A stretch of 64,000 nt of DNA from the human T2T-CHM13v2.0 reference genome, Homo sapiens. This document shows positions 13,801 to 28,342 of this stretch, piece after piece. Every line of letters begins with the position of its first letter. Position 1 is the stretch's first letter. The notes beneath the pieces were generated by a model. That model did no database searches and was not told the DNA's origin. It worked only from the letters and a program-made list of their open reading frames with translations. The DNA lies in assembly GCF_009914755.1 (NCBI RefSeq), contig NC_060929.1. The stretch is one strand, 5' to 3'. The position numbers and the translations under genes are program-made.

Positions 13801-15294
13801 CTCTCAGTTTTATCCAGTTTAGCCACATTATCTCCATCTCAACCCCAGTTGCCACATTTTATTATTACCTTTAGTGAGCTCCAATATATTATGGAGGATG
13901 GATACTCTCTTTGCTGCCATTCTCAGATATACCCAAACCCATATTGTTGATTCTTTCAGGACCCAATTTTGTCATTCCTCAACAGAATATCAAATCTTAC
14001 TCTAGGAAGAGACCTTAGGCATTTATACAGTTTCCCTCTAACAAATTTAACATTGCCATTGCCACAGAAATCACTGTACTATGAGGCGAACATCATCGTT
14101 GATTACATTTAGTTGTTAGAAAGCCTTCCTTGTGTAAGCCCTCATGGATTATAACCTTTATCTCTTTCTCCTGGACTAGGCTTCTGGAGATATATGGAAA
14201 AAGCCCATTCTCTAGCTTTTATGATAGCTCATCATGTAACTGCAGGCAATGACCCATTCTTCTATGTCCTTGCCAATGTAAGTCTTCTCTTCTGCAGTCT
14301 AAACACGATAATAATAAAAATGCGTTGAACTGAGATTTTTGGCTTTAAAGAAACAGAGACTTAAAAGAAAGAGTCATTCAATAGGAGGGCTTCAAGTTGG
14401 CACTGGAAAGTCATCAGAAGCTGAGATTGCTTCTGGGATCAGCTCCTCTTTCTTCTCTCTTTTGTGGGCCACTGGCTTGCTGGTCTTTTAAGGTAACTCT
14501 GCATTATCCCTCCTCTGCTCTTTCTTTCCAGATATTAGCCTCTCTATATTATTTTTCTTATTTTTCTTAAAATTTCTACTTTCTTATGATTTCACCTTGC
14601 CATGTCCCCTGTTGGCTCAAGGCAGACTTTTATTTTTAGCTTCAACCACCTGCTGCTTCATTTTCTTGTATTAGCACTTTCATCGTCCTAAAATACAAAC
14701 TCTGACCTAGTTCAGTGTGTGTGCATGCATGTGCATGTGTATATCAGGTTATGCCACAGTCCTACGGCTGTCTGTAGCTCGTCTACTCTGGAGCCATTGG
14801 AGTGGGGTTTTGTGGTGTGCCTCATGGTCTTCTAGTAATAGGGGCTGTTGGGGTAGTGGGCAGCTTCCCTCAGGTATCCTGAGACTCAGCCTGTCCAGTA
14901 CAATAATCCCTTACACTGGCTTAAAGCCTTTTACAATTTTTTTATTTTAATTCACAAATAAAAATTGTATATATTTATCGCGTATAAAATTTTGTTTTAA
15001 ATATATATACATTGTGGAATGGCTAAATAGATCCAATTAACATAAGCATTACTTCACATACTTATTTTGTTTGTGTGTGGTGAGAACACATACCTTGAAA
15101 GCTTTCTGTGTACAAAATGCTTTTGAATACACATGACTTATCTAATACTCACCAACACTGTAAGGTAGCTACTCTTAAGTTTTAAAAGACAGAGCAACTA
15201 ATATGAAGTATCTGATCCAAAGCCACCCTGTTAACAAGAGTTGTCTAGAATCATGGTCTATTTCATCTTAAGACAAGCATTATTTCTTCTCTAT

Positions 15295-15480
15295 CAGAGT
15301 TTCTCAAAATTAGGCATGTATCAGACTAACTTGGAGGGATAATTAAACCACAAATTGCTAAGCTCCACCCCCAGGATTTCTGATTTAGTTTGTCTACAAG
15401 GGAGCAAAAGAATTTGTTGACAAATTTCCAGGAGAGGACCTTGATGTTGGTCTGAGGACCATGCGCTGAGAACCACTGTT
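15295..15480. mobile_element. MER5A-like hAT DNA transposon fossil
   Basis: CAGAGTTTCTCAAA...TGAGAACCACTG terminal inverted repeats, about 185 bp. Confidence 0.7.
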
Positions 15481-16159
15481 CGACGTAAGTGGCTTCATCT
15501 GAGGCTCTCACTGATAAGCAGTTGTAAGATGCAAATGTTTTTAGCAGCTGAGTAAGCTGGAACCAGGTGACCGGCAGATATAATTCTATTTCAGTTGCTC
15601 CTTGTTATTTGGGACCTCATGACCTTTTGTTTTTCCTGGAAGAGAATATAGACCCAGTCATTTACAAGGCTGGATCAGGGACATGGGGGCTTCCCTAAAT
15701 AGCATTTTAATGTGATCAATCTAATCAATTACCTAGACCAGTATAGGTCACTTAGATTTGAGGATGGTCATAGGTTACTGGGAAATAGCCTGATGATGAG
15801 TTTGGTCTCGTGGGTATTGGGAAGAGCTATAAATTGAGATCCCAGTGATCTGGATTCTAATCCCAACTACTGACTCACTGTATGACATTGAGACCACTTC
15901 AAATAAACACCAAACCTGTTTCTTTGTCTGCATAATGGATATATTTATGCTGACCACATTCCTGTATTTTTGTGAATATTACATGAAATAATATATATAT
16001 AAAAATAAACTTTGTAAAGTATAAAACTTAAATCCTAATAATGGTTATGATAATGGAATAATAATGTTGCTCCTTGAGCATTCCCATTCTGCTCTGCAAA
16101 CAGGGATGTCAGAAAAAAGTTAGAGATCATAAAGGAAATTCAGATGTTAGGATAGCCAT

Positions 16160-16840
16160 TACCACAAATCATAAAATAACAAGTATTGGAAAGGAATGGA
16201 ACCCTTATGCATTGCTAGTTGGAATGTAAAATGGACAGCTACTATGAATAACAGTATGATGGTTCTTCAAAAAAAATTAAACACAGAATTACCATATGAC
16301 CCAGCAATTTCACTTCTGGGTCTATACCCAAAGAATTGAAATCAGGAACTCAGAGTTTTTACACTCATATTCACAATAGCATTATTCACAATAAACAAAT
16401 GTGGCAACACCCAAATGCCCATCAAAAGAAGAAATGATAAATGGAATATGGTATATACATGCAATGGAATATTATCCAGCCTTAAAAGAGAAGAAAATTC
16501 TGACACATGCTAAATATGGAAGAGTCTAGAAGACATTATGTTAAGTGAAAAAAAGCCAGTTACAAAAGACAAGTATTTTATTATTTCAATTATATGAGAT
16601 AACTAGAATAGTCAAATTTATAGAGACAGAAAGTAGAATGTCGATTACTAAGGGGTGGGGGAAATGGGGAATTATTTTTTACTAGACAGGAGTTTTACTT
16701 TGGGAGGATGAAAATGTTCAGGTAATGGATGATGGTGATGGTTTCATAGCAATGTAAATGTACTTAATGCCATTGACCTGTATACTTAAACATGATTAAG
16801 ATGGCCACTTGTATGTTATGTGTGTGCTACCAAAAGAAAA
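16160..16840 (+). mobile_element. L1MB-type 3' fragment (ORF2 end and 3'UTR)
   Basis: Motifs gaattaccatatgacccagcaattt, caatggaatattat, gaagacattatgttaagtgaaa. Confidence 0.85.
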
Positions 16841-19800
16841 TCTGAGAGTTGGTAAATTTGGGATAGTTATGAGAATCTAGGGAAACAGTCTGGCTGCTTT
16901 TGCCCAGTTCAGAATAACTTATCCTAGAAATGCTGTGTGCATGCCAGCTGTGTGCCAAGAGTTTTGTCTTGGGGCTCATGAAATAGCAAGTCCCATTGGG
17001 GAAGATTTGTTGGATCAGGGGAATTTGCTAGAAGAAAACTGACAGGAGCTTAGAAATTGGCAGTTGTCAGTCTCAGGGCATCTGTGGCTCTCCACATTCT
17101 TTGTCAGACACCAGTTACTTTTTTTTTTTTTTTTTGAGACCTCCAATTTTTTTGATCCCAAAGGAAAAGCTTAGAAGATTGAGTGTTGAGTCAGGGGAGA
17201 CAGGGATCTGTAGATGTCTAGAATGTTAGAGCCATAAGGAAGCTTATGATTTATCGAACATGGGACCCTTCATTTGAAAACCCCTGCCCAGAAAAAATGT
17301 CTTGCCTAAGGTTAGTCAGCTACTCTTAAGGGGAACAGGGATTAGAAACAAATGGCCCTGTGTCCTAAATTCTTTCCACAACAGCAGGCTGCTTCATGGA
17401 TCAACAACACATAATTCAATTCCTTTTCAAAGAAGAACCAAGATAGAAATTATAGATGTTTTTGTTATTGTTTGTCTCTTCTTACTCCTTCTCTACCCAC
17501 CACCACTATTCACTCCTGCCCTGCCTCCCCGTAGTTCACATAGTTGCTAGAATAAGCTTCCCTGAACATGGTTCTCATCTCACCACTTAACACCCAAAAA
17601 CTTCTCGTGGCTCCTTAGTGCCTTTAGGGAACACGTGTGTTCTTCTGATTAAGACATTAAAATCCAAAATCTTGTCCTTAGTAATGAAACTGCAATGTAT
17701 CCCTACACTGGAAAAATATACAACTGAAACAGGGTTAATGAAGAAGTTCCCTGTGTATTAATCGGAAAGAGCTCCAGGTCATATTGTTAAGTGGGGGGAA
17801 AAGTAAGGTGCTGGAACGTTTATATAGTATGCCACCATTTGTGTATGAAAGAGGAGGAATAATACAATTTATTTTTTATTTACTTTTGTTTACATATAGA
17901 AATGATCCAAGGATAAATAAAAAAGGCTAAGAAAGTTTTTTGTATTATTCAAACCATGTAAATAAATGTGGTAATTTTGCAAAAATAGAATAAAATCTGA
18001 CCTTGCCTAGCCCTCTTTCTCTCTCACCATTCCCTGCAAAAACCTAGAACTCCCACAGCTTTAGAATTTTCAGTTTCTCATAATCCCAAGTATCTCATGA
18101 AGCTAACTTTCACAACAATACTCTCTCTCTCTTTTACCTATCAATTTCCTATTTAATTTTTCATGTCTTGCTTAGACACATCTGCTCTGTGAAACTTTTC
18201 TTGCCTCCCCAGATGAAATTTAGTCCTACCTTCCTTGGTTTCTTAGCTTTTTGCTCTTTTCCCATTATTACTCTCTCCTGTTAGTTCCAGAAGTTGAACA
18301 TTCATATACAGAAAAATGAGTCACTGAAGACAAAAGATCTGATTTCCAGCCCCTGGGACACTGCTAACCCAAAGTACAGGTAAAGCATCCATTTGTTTCC
18401 TTCGTTCACAGCACTGGCTTTAACTGAAAATTCTTTTGCAAAAAATATTTATTACTCAGCATTTATTTGTCACCATAAATGATGTTTTCCAACATTCATT
18501 GAAAGTGGCCTTCAATGTTGGTTATTTCATATAATATTTTTAGCTGTAACCCTTGTTGAGAACATATCTTAAAAAAATGCATTCGTCTTTGTTCCAAGTT
18601 ACTATATAGAATGGAATGAGCTTCCTTTTCTCTTCCTTTGAGGACGAAACACTAGCTAATTACGAGGAACTGGTATGAGGGTGGGGTAAGTGAGATGGAG
18701 TTGTTCAAGCACAGGGTTGAATCCTGTCTTTATTTAAAATGTCACATTTTGTTTATCATGATGTGTTCGTATTAATTCTGACTACATTGAAGTTTTATTT
18801 ATCCTGGTTGCTTGAGATTTTGGTGTCCTTTTAGATTTTGCACCTGAGGCAGGTGTCTTGCTAGCTGCTTCACCCCAGTATCTGCCCTGCTGTTGTTCTG
18901 ATTACCAAATACCATTATCTTAGTTGCTTGGGTGTTTCTGGCACAAATTTAAATGAATATGAGATCCAACTGGTAGTTGTGCTTTTGACAACATTTCCAT
19001 GGAAGCTACAGAGACGATGTGTAGGTGGAAATTCCTTGTGCCTTTCTTGCTTCTTCACTTAGACATTCCTAGGTTCTTCTTATCTCTCCAGGACTGGGCA
19101 AAATTCCTACTCTCCCTGAGGGCTTTCTCAGGCTTAGCCTGCATCCTTCATCTACCTACTCTCGGGGCCACTTATCCCACTTCCCATCCCAGCACTCACA
19201 ATTGTTTTGCCAGGACCATGGCTGTGCTCTCCTTCCAACTTCTATTTCTTTTGTATTTAGTTCTGTCTCTGAAACTTTGACTTACAGATTTTCAAGTGTT
19301 TTCTTAGCAATAAGTCTGAATTGAGGAACAACTATCATGACTGGTTAGTTCATTTAATTTTGCCCAGGAACTCTTCTCCTTAGTTTCTAAAATTATGTAT
19401 TTCAAATGTTTATCCTTTTAGGTTTTATCTATCCTGGCATAGGCCCAAATCTTGAGATTGCTGCTTACCCACGTATATCATTCTTGATAAGACAGGGCTC
19501 TCTTTGAAATGGCAAATGCCTGCTGTCTTACCTCCTTCCTATCCATTAAGGAGTTAGGTCTTCATTTTAGTATTCAATCTATTTTCTACCCTCTAGGTTT
19601 TTTCTCTTTATTGATTTAACAAAAGCTAAAATAAAAAGCTGAATCACTATCACTTCCACAGGAGATGTATTACTTCTAACCCAAAGGGAATTTGTGATAT
19701 CAGATATATGAAGGGCTCCCATTTCTTTAGGCCTTGGCAGATTTGGTGTTCATTAAGCTTCCCTCTTCGTGCCCTCCCCAAACCCGTCATTTAATATATC

Positions 19801-20299
19801 AGAACTCTGGTGAATAGCAAAAAAAATGATCAGAGCCTGGTACCCTGGTCCTATATTGATTTATAAATACTTGTTCTAGTGACTCCCAGTTTTTCTATTA
19901 TGAACAGCTTTGTGGTTCCTATAGAAGGGGAAGTCTATCACTGTCCCTTTATTTATGGGTTGGGACAAGAAAGAATGGGAGCTGACTCCTCTTCTACCTG
20001 CTGTAAGATGGAAGGGGTGGTGACTCCAGCTTCTGAGTCTACTTCAGGCAGCCAGATGGCAGCCACTTTCATAATATACATTAGTGTCCCAAGTAAGCCT
20101 GGGAGGTGGAGAGTTAAAACTGTCAAGGAACCTTGAATTTAGAAGGAAAATGCATCTTTACCATTTATCTTTTGCGGAGTACCTCCTTAGTAACTCTGGG
20201 CTTCGAACCAGGACCATTTCCAGAATGCAAAGAATTACTCCTATTAGAGAAAAATGAACAGTAGATTTACAATCCTTATATTTATAAAGATTGTTAAAA

Positions 20300-20301
<2 letters not shown>

Positions 20302-20340
<39 letters not shown>

Positions 20341-20487
20341 AAGAACATGCATTGAGATTTTGAAACATGCCCATGGACTACAACGAAAGGTTCTTTTTTT
20401 AAAAAACAAGTTTTCTTTTGTTTTTAATTAGCTCATAATCATTGTACCTATTTATGGGGTGCAGTGTGATGTTTATATATATGTATA

Positions 20488-20525
<38 letters not shown>
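20302..20525. repeat. (TG)n at 20302-20339 and (TA)n/(TG)n at 20473-20525, next to an antisense L1MA 3' fragment (about 20410-20690)
   Basis: Direct inspection. Confidence 0.85.
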
Positions 20526-20530
<5 letters not shown>

Positions 20531-21345
20531 ACAATAAAATCAGAGTAAATACCATATCCATCACCTCAACACTCCTCTTTTCTAGCTATTTTAACTTATA
20601 ATACATTATTGTTGAGTACAGTCACTGCTTTGCAACTGAGCATGAGAATTATCTCTCCTAACTGTAACTTTGTACCCATTGATACCCATTGATAAAGGTT
20701 CATTTAATGTTGGGCACGACTGAGGTTTCTTGCTAATTTTTACCCCACTCCTTTTCCTCATTACACATTCACCAAGTGCTTAGCATGTAACATACACAGA
20801 AGCAGAGTGTTGGCCCATTTTTCAAGTTCCTTGGTTCAAAAACATCCTATTAACCTCAAGTCATCAAAAGGATCTTGATGACATTGAGCTATCCCTTGAA
20901 GTTTTAAAATCAAGGTAGCTCATCTCTGCTAGGTTTTACCTGACACGTATGTCCAAACTTGACTTTGATTAAGTAAAATTTAAGCAGTTTCCTGCTAGTG
21001 CTCTGGATTCTAGCATAAAGTCATTGCTGCAGGTCCTGACCCAATTTTATGACTTGTTTTGTCACAAGATAACTATCTTTTTTTCTGTTTGAGTCTTGGT
21101 GAACTGTCTTCCTCTAAAGAATGAGACCTTGTTTGTTTCTTGCCTCCATCTTCCAGGCACTTAAGGTTGTATTCTAAAACATGACCTAGCACATAGAGCT
21201 CACTTAAAAGTTGTGGTTTATTCTCTTAAATTCTGTTGGATGTTGGATTATGGTAGAGCTGTTTGGGAAGAGGATTGAGTGGTGGGAAAATGGAGTAGGA
21301 AATTGGGTCATGTTATAAAGGACTCATCTGCCTGGGAGCTGGGAT

Positions 21346-22368
21346 TCAGGCACTATCTGGCTCCTCACTAAGTGCCCGTTCTAAGGCAGCTAGCAGGGAG
21401 TGGAGCAAGTGCTCCCAGAAATCATGCCCAATGAAGACATAGAGAACTGGATTGAGACAGCTGTTGATAAAGGCCATAGACAAGGCCAGGGGTCTTAGGA
21501 GTAAGGCCACCTGGTTCAGGCCCTCTCTGTCTTCCCGAAATGATGTGAAGTCCAGCCACAGGGACACTTGCAAGGGCAACCAGCAGAGGAAGAAGGTGGT
21601 TACCACAGTCGCAAGGACCTGGAAGGGTCAGCTAAACTTAACCAGCTGCCTTTCTCTTAACTTCAAGGCTACAAGGATGTAGTAGCCAGTGATGATAGCC
21701 AGAGGGAGAAAGAAGCCAAAGAAAAAGTGGGCTGTTGTGACCAGCGTTTGGTGCCATGGAATGATAATCTCTTTCCAAAGTTGGTGACTTCCTTGAGTTT
21801 CATTCTGCAGATCATACTGGTTGTACAAAGAGGGTGACACTTTCCACCACGAGTTTCCTTGAAGATCAAGTAGGGAACAGAGAAACAAATTGCCAAAAGC
21901 CAGGTCCTCAAGGGCCCCAGAGTTGCCTTTGCTGGTGTGCAATTGTTCCAGGACTAGATTGGCCACAGGATCACAAGTCAGTGGTCCATGGAGATGAGGG
22001 TCAGAAGGAAGACACTGGCCAGAAAGTTAAAAATAGACATGGTGCTATTGAGTTTACAGAGCAGCTGGCCAAAGGGTTACAGAGCTACCATAACCAGCTG
22101 GAGAAGCAGTGGGAAGATGATGATGAAGTCAGCCACGGGCAGGTTGAGGTACCACCCACACCGTGTTGACTGTGCAGGACATGTGGAATCCAACTACCCA
22201 AATGACAAGGCCATTGCCAGCCAAGCCTAGGAAGAAAGTCACTGTGTAGATGATCATGGAAAAGATGTCAAGAGCAGACTTGACCCTCTCCAAAGAGTCA
22301 TCACAATAGTCAAACATGGACGTGGGACTCTCCACAGTCAACAGTGACAATGCAGACACATTCTCCAT
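21346..22368 (-). pseudogene. Disabled class A chemoattractant GPCR, formyl-peptide-receptor/CMKLR-like, single coding exon
   Basis: Stitched frames give TM1 [23 protein letters not shown]2 [12 protein letters not shown]3 LLCKL...ASVFLLTLISMDH*, TM5 FGFFLPLAII, TM6 FFLCWLP, TM7 FINSCLNPVLYVFIGHDF and the tail SLLAALERALSEE. Four internal stops and two frameshifts. Confidence 0.95.
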
Positions 22369-25300
22369 GCTACCTAAAAATAGCCAAGGTATATTTAGGC
22401 TCAAACTTTCAAACTACATAAACTGCTTAAATTATCACCACTTCCTTTCTTATGATGACTGCAGACAGCTTTCATGTCCCTGCTTTAGGATGTGCCATTC
22501 TCTGTTGGTGATATTCCTCCTCCTCCCCCATGTGCTCTTGCTCCTCTTCCTCCTCTTCTTGTTTTCTTATCCATATTCTTAACCACAGTTTTCACCACTT
22601 ATTCTATGCCAGCCACTATGCTAGCTATGTTCCATATATTGCATATCATGAATTAAGCAGCTACTAGGAGTCCAATGTTCTGTTCATATATTGCATTTAA
22701 TTTATTTCCCATAACAAATCTGTCATATGGAAAAGAATTATTATGAATGAGAAAACTAAGGTAAAGGGAGGTTACTAAATTACTGAAAATCAAACATTCA
22801 GCAGTAAAAAAGCAGAAATGAATTTTGACGTTAGTTCTGCTTAATTAAAAATTCATATACTTTACCTGATTTTTTTCTTTTTACTGTATATTCCTCCTTC
22901 AATGGGCTGAAGGGGGGCTCATATTCGTATTTTTAATTTAGTTTACAAAAGGGCTTTCCTGTGCTTCACACTATTTAATAATTTCCAAAATGCCATGTTA
23001 GCTACGTAAGACAAATGTTTTATTATTGAAGTGATTTTTGACATATATGAAAGCAAAGACTGAAAAAGGTTGTTTTCTTTGAGCTGTAGCTCACTGCCTT
23101 AGGAACTAGCAGACCTGGTTCTTGAACCCAAACCTCCTGAAACCAAATCTTATCTTTTCCTCACCTCATTACAATGCTCTTTTTTATGGGTAAAGGACAT
23201 CAGGAGGTGGGTGTCCACCCTGGAGGAAGTGGGATCTCTCCTGGTGACTGACCCTCCAAACTCTCTTAAGGGAAGATGGTCACGTCAGCTGCATTTAGGG
23301 GCCACATGAATTATTGTCTAACCCATATGAATTATTGTTTTCTCATTTCCTTATGGGAAATGCCTGCTGCATATTGTTGGCATTGCTATCTGTTTCTGTC
23401 CTATTTTCCTGTTTCAATTTTTAAGTTCCTCAATGTGTGGGGCCAGTCTTCAATTCTACCTAATGCCTGCTTTTGTTTATGCTGTTCTCGCTACCTAGAA
23501 TGCCTTCCCCTCCACCATTTTCTGTTGGTGAAATCTTGCACACACACATCCTAGTAGACTTACTTGCTTCTTTCTCTGTTTGTTCATAGCACCGGATGTC
23601 TGTTTAATTCTAGCAGTCTTGCCTGCATATTAGAAATGGTTGCTTTGATATCTATCTCAGGAGTCACAGCTTATTCTACTTCTACCACTAAATACCTTAG
23701 GCAAGGCATTTACCCTCTCTGAGCTTTACAGCCTTAATTTTTAAAAGCAATATATAATATTAATACATACCTCAGAGGGTTGTTGTGGTAATATAAGGAA
23801 ATATTTCAGTGAAATATTTAGAAATATATCTGATACATCAAAAACACCCAGCATGTTGGTTATTATTCTTTTTATTGATACCATCATTACTATCCTAATT
23901 TTTGTTTCATGCACCACATTTGATTTATATTAACATTCCATAAACACTTGTTTAATTATTATAGTGCTGATAAAGGATAAAGATTCAATGAGATGATACC
24001 TGTGAGTATAAATTATAGAATCAAGAGTTATATAAAGCAGAATCCTTTTTCTTGAAGGAACCAGTTATTTCCCTTGTTTTAGATGCTTACTTATTTAAGT
24101 GAAGTTTTCCTCTTCTTGCACAATCTCTTCCCAACTTTTCACCCTTCATCTGGCCCCAAATGGCCACCCCCAGACAACTGTGAAACCTGCCTATGCCTCT
24201 CTCAGTAGTGGAACCCCACACACTCACCTTCACCAGCTTGGAGCTCTGCTTCCCTGCTGGGGTTTTATAGCAGCCAAATCCATTTTGGAGGCTTTTGAAT
24301 CTATGGGGCCAAGGGACTCTGAAGGCATCTGTGTCAGTTATCAGACTGGTGAAGTCTCTGTGCTAGGACCTAAGTAATACAGTCGAAAGGAGGAACCTGG
24401 GGGCTCGTGTTGAGGTTTGTCTAAACGCCTAGAATTCTTTTAGGGAGGGAGCTTGGGATACAAACAATTTTTATTCATCAGGGCCTTGAAGTTCAGTGAT
24501 CACTGGTCCGGATAATTAAGACTTTAGGAAATGTGACCTCATCTTTGATGAAATTTATGTCTAAGATTTTGAAACAAATATAAAGACAATTTAAAAGTGC
24601 ATGAGCATAGTAAAGCTTGACGTTAATTACAACAGCAACAGCTAATATTTATGGAGTGCTTATTATAGAGCAGGTTTAACCCCTTCACTATTCTGTACTT
24701 TGGAATCAGAAGGGTGTGATGATAGGATTTTGTAAAAACCACGTCAGAGGATCCCCTGTGGAAACGGAAAGGGTGGTTGCTTAATCACAGACGGCAATGA
24801 GATGATTGAACTTTGTAGGCTTAGTGTTGAGTCTAAACTGTGAGACCAGTCTGTAAAATGAGCTTAATCTAATTGAGCTTTAGCTATAAAATCCGTATAT
24901 ATTCCTCTGAAGCTTAAATAAACCCAGTAAATAAAGGTAATTGGACAACCAGAAAGCATAATACAAATGTGTGATTTACGATTTGGTTTAAAATAGTTGG
25001 ACATTATTAGGATGCAATATTATTAAATAGTATTTGGAAAGGCCGTCCGCATGGGACACTGTGGTAGATGAGAAAACTGATGCTCAGAGAGCTCCTGTCT
25101 GTTTATGGCTTGGTTGTGATGGTGAGGGATCTCCCCCATGTGCAGAAAGTCAGAAGTGGATGCTTCCTCAATGATGAGAGGGGCAACTTTGTGGGAGGAA
25201 CAAAGAGTGAGTGAAGTTTTAAAATTGCAAGACAGGGGAAAGGATAGTGTTGGAGGTAAATGTTGAATACAAATATATGAACGTAAATCTGAATTTAAGT

Positions 25301-25371
25301 ATTAAATGAAATATATTTACATAAACCTGGCACATTCCTGTTAACAATAGCTCAGAACAATCTCTAGTGTA

Positions 25372-26130
25372 CAGTAGCCTTTTTGATCCCCAGTTTGCTT
25401 TTCTCGGTTTCAGTTACCCATGGTCAACTGGAGTTCAAAAATATTACACGAAAAATTTCAGAAATATACAACTCATAAGTTTTAAATTTCACACTGCTCT
25501 GAGTAGCACGATGAAATCTCATGCCCAGGGACATGACTTGTCCCTTTGTCTGGAGTACCCGTGCTGTGGATGCTGCTTGCCTGTTACTCACTTGGCAGCC
25601 AACTCGGTTATCACACTGACTGTCTCAGTATCACAGTGATTATGTTCAAGTCACCCATATTTTATTTTGTAATGGCCCCAGAGTACAAGAGCAGTGATGC
25701 TGGCAATTTGGAAATGCCAAAGAGAAGCCACGAAGTGCTTCCTTTAAGTGAAAATATAAAAGTTCTTGACTTAATAAGGAAAGAAAAAAATAATATGCTG
25801 AAGTGGTTAAGATCTATAGTAAGAACAAATACTTTATCTGTGAAACTATGAAGAAGAAAAAATTGTGCTAGTTTTTCTGTCACACTTCAAGCTGCAAAAG
25901 TTACAGCCACAGTGCATGATAACTTTTATTTCAGTACGTTGTTATAGTTGCTCTATTTTATTATTAGCTGTTGTTGTTAATCTTTTACTGTGCCTAATTT
26001 ATAAATTAAACATTATCATGGATAAGAATGTGTAGGAGAAACAGTATATATAAAGTTCAGAACTATTCGAGGTTTCAGGCATCCACTGGGGGTCTTGGAA
26101 TGTATCCCTTTTGGATATGCAGGGACTCTG
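25372..26130 (+). mobile_element. MER44/Tigger7-type DNA transposon
   Basis: TA-CAGTAG start, ggtttcagttacccatggtcaac, and the end motif ggtttcaggcatccactgggggtcttggaatgtatcc. Confidence 0.8.
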
Positions 26131-27965
26131 GTACAAAGCCTCTTCCATTATATCATCATAATGGCCATGATTACACACCCAAGGGGTCATATATCTTTGA
26201 ATTGAACTTTCATCCAGAACTCTTAAAAAACAAAATATGTTGGTAAATACTTAGATGCCTAAGTATTTATTATCTCTTATCTCTTCTGACTCTTCTACCT
26301 TCCAGCAGAAGACCATGGAAGAAAGATAAACTTTTAAAGCACAGCCTTATAGGAAAGTTGTGTTAATAGATGGTAGCAGGTTTTGTAATTATTCCAATAG
26401 GTAAAATGAAAATAAACTTGGGGTCAAATAAATACTCTTAGGCCAAGCCAGTACTAGGCTTGTCTGATGCATATTCACACACCAATACAATTTTATTCTT
26501 TTAAGCTACTTTTTGTTAGTCTGATATTTTAATATTGTTTATGATGTGTTAGAACTTGATTCTGGCAGCCATTCTCTGAACTAAAAAAGCTTAATGTGAT
26601 CTGGGGCCATTAATAAACTCTGATGTCTTCTTCAAAGAAGCTGATAGACCTGCTCTGCTCTGTGCTAGGCAAGACCTAAATAGTATTACATTTAGCTATG
26701 GCACCACTTTGGAGATTCTTGGAAACACTTCTGGTTGTGTTGAGGAGGTGACAATGGTTGACCTTAGGCATCCAAATGTGACCTGTACATCTTATTATTA
26801 GTGCTGCTTTCTAAGTTTCTGTCCAGGACATAAACTTAGTTCTGTCCTTTCTAAATGCTTTCCACAATTTTTGATGACAATATGTTGGAATTTCTGGAGT
26901 TGGCACTCATGGACTAAGGAATGCAAGGAGGGCTGAGTAGCAGCCTGTGTCGACCTAAATGTCTGTTGATTTATCAAAATCCTAGTGTGACAGAAGGATC
27001 CTGATGATCCCCCCTATACTGCTGAATATTTAGGGGATGCTATGAAATCTCCTAAGATTAGAGGCCTCCAGGTCTTCAAGGTACATCAGCCAATTTGAGT
27101 ACTTTGTCTTTACTCTTAAATTCTCCATATTCCCAAATCCAATATAAAAGTTTCTAAGCCTCTGAGTTTCTCCATACCCCCAAATTCAATATAAAAGGTC
27201 CTAAGCCTTCTGCAGCATTTGAGGTAGTATTTCTTTTAGCTGGCTTATCATCTGAGAAGTAAAACAAAAACTAAAAACAATATTTCTTCCTCCTCTTTAA
27301 ACATATATTTTTTTTCCTTTTTCAATTCATTATTTTCTTCTAGCACAGGATGTGGCACAAAGATGGCCATCACTAACATTGCCTGTTAGGTTGCTTTTGT
27401 TTTGTAAACTGTAGCACAATCCCGGAAATGGCCACAAGAGGGCATTTGTGCACCACTTTGAAAGTTACTCTTGTTCAACATCGCATTCCACAAACATTCA
27501 TAGTTTCCCATGGTTTGAACTTTAATAATTCCACCCTGAAAGAAAGAAAATGAAGCTGAAGTCATATCAGACATAATCTAATCCATATTGTCATTCCAAA
27601 GATTCCAGATCTCAGGACCTGTGATAGTGTAACTCTTTAAAATATTGAAGCATTGTGAATGATTTTAAACATTTCAAAAAAAGAAATGTTTTAAATATTT
27701 TAATTAGTGTTGAGGCTTAAGTAGCTGTACTTTTGACTTAGATTATTATAGATTTGACAGTCAAAACCTTAAAATATTGAGACCCATGGGGGAAAATAAT
27801 GTGTGCATCAACATTTATTGAATTTGATACTTTTTGTGATAGAGTCCCAGAAATGATATGTGAGAAGCTTAATAAGGTTTAAAGTGCTTTGTTTATTGCA
27901 GTTTTAAGTGTCTTCTTCTTGAATTAAATCTTAGGTTAAGGAGGCTGTTGGAGTCATATGATGAT

Positions 27966-28005
27966 ATTATGGTGCAAAATTAATTACCTTTGCACCAACC
28001 TCATA
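27966..28005. mobile_element. MADE1-like mariner MITE remnant (short palindrome)
   Basis: ggtgcaaaa-ttaattac-ctttgcaccaacctcata. Confidence 0.6.
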
Positions 28006-28342
28006 GACTTGGAAAGTGTAATGAAGATAATCTCATCTATTCTTATCTATTACAAGAGCCTTTTCCACAGTAAATTTGGTATTAGCTAACCTTTATTTGT
28101 AGGATTCAGTATGGAGCCATTAAACTTTATTTTCTTGTAATTTGTAGTCACATTTCAAAAACCTCTCAAATTCAATCCTAAATTCATATCTATTTTTGCT
28201 TCATGATGATAGCCCTCCAAATATCTGAACAATCTCTTAAGGGTTTCTTGGTTTATCTTCTCTCCAGGCTGGTGTCACCAAGTTTATTAACTGTCTCTCA
28301 TATGATCCTTCAAAAGCCTGGATAATCTTCTTATTATGGGTT

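Noticed and set aside
21628-22404. GPCR-like ORFs as separate functional genes
   Set aside because: They are fragments of one frameshifted, stop-interrupted receptor.
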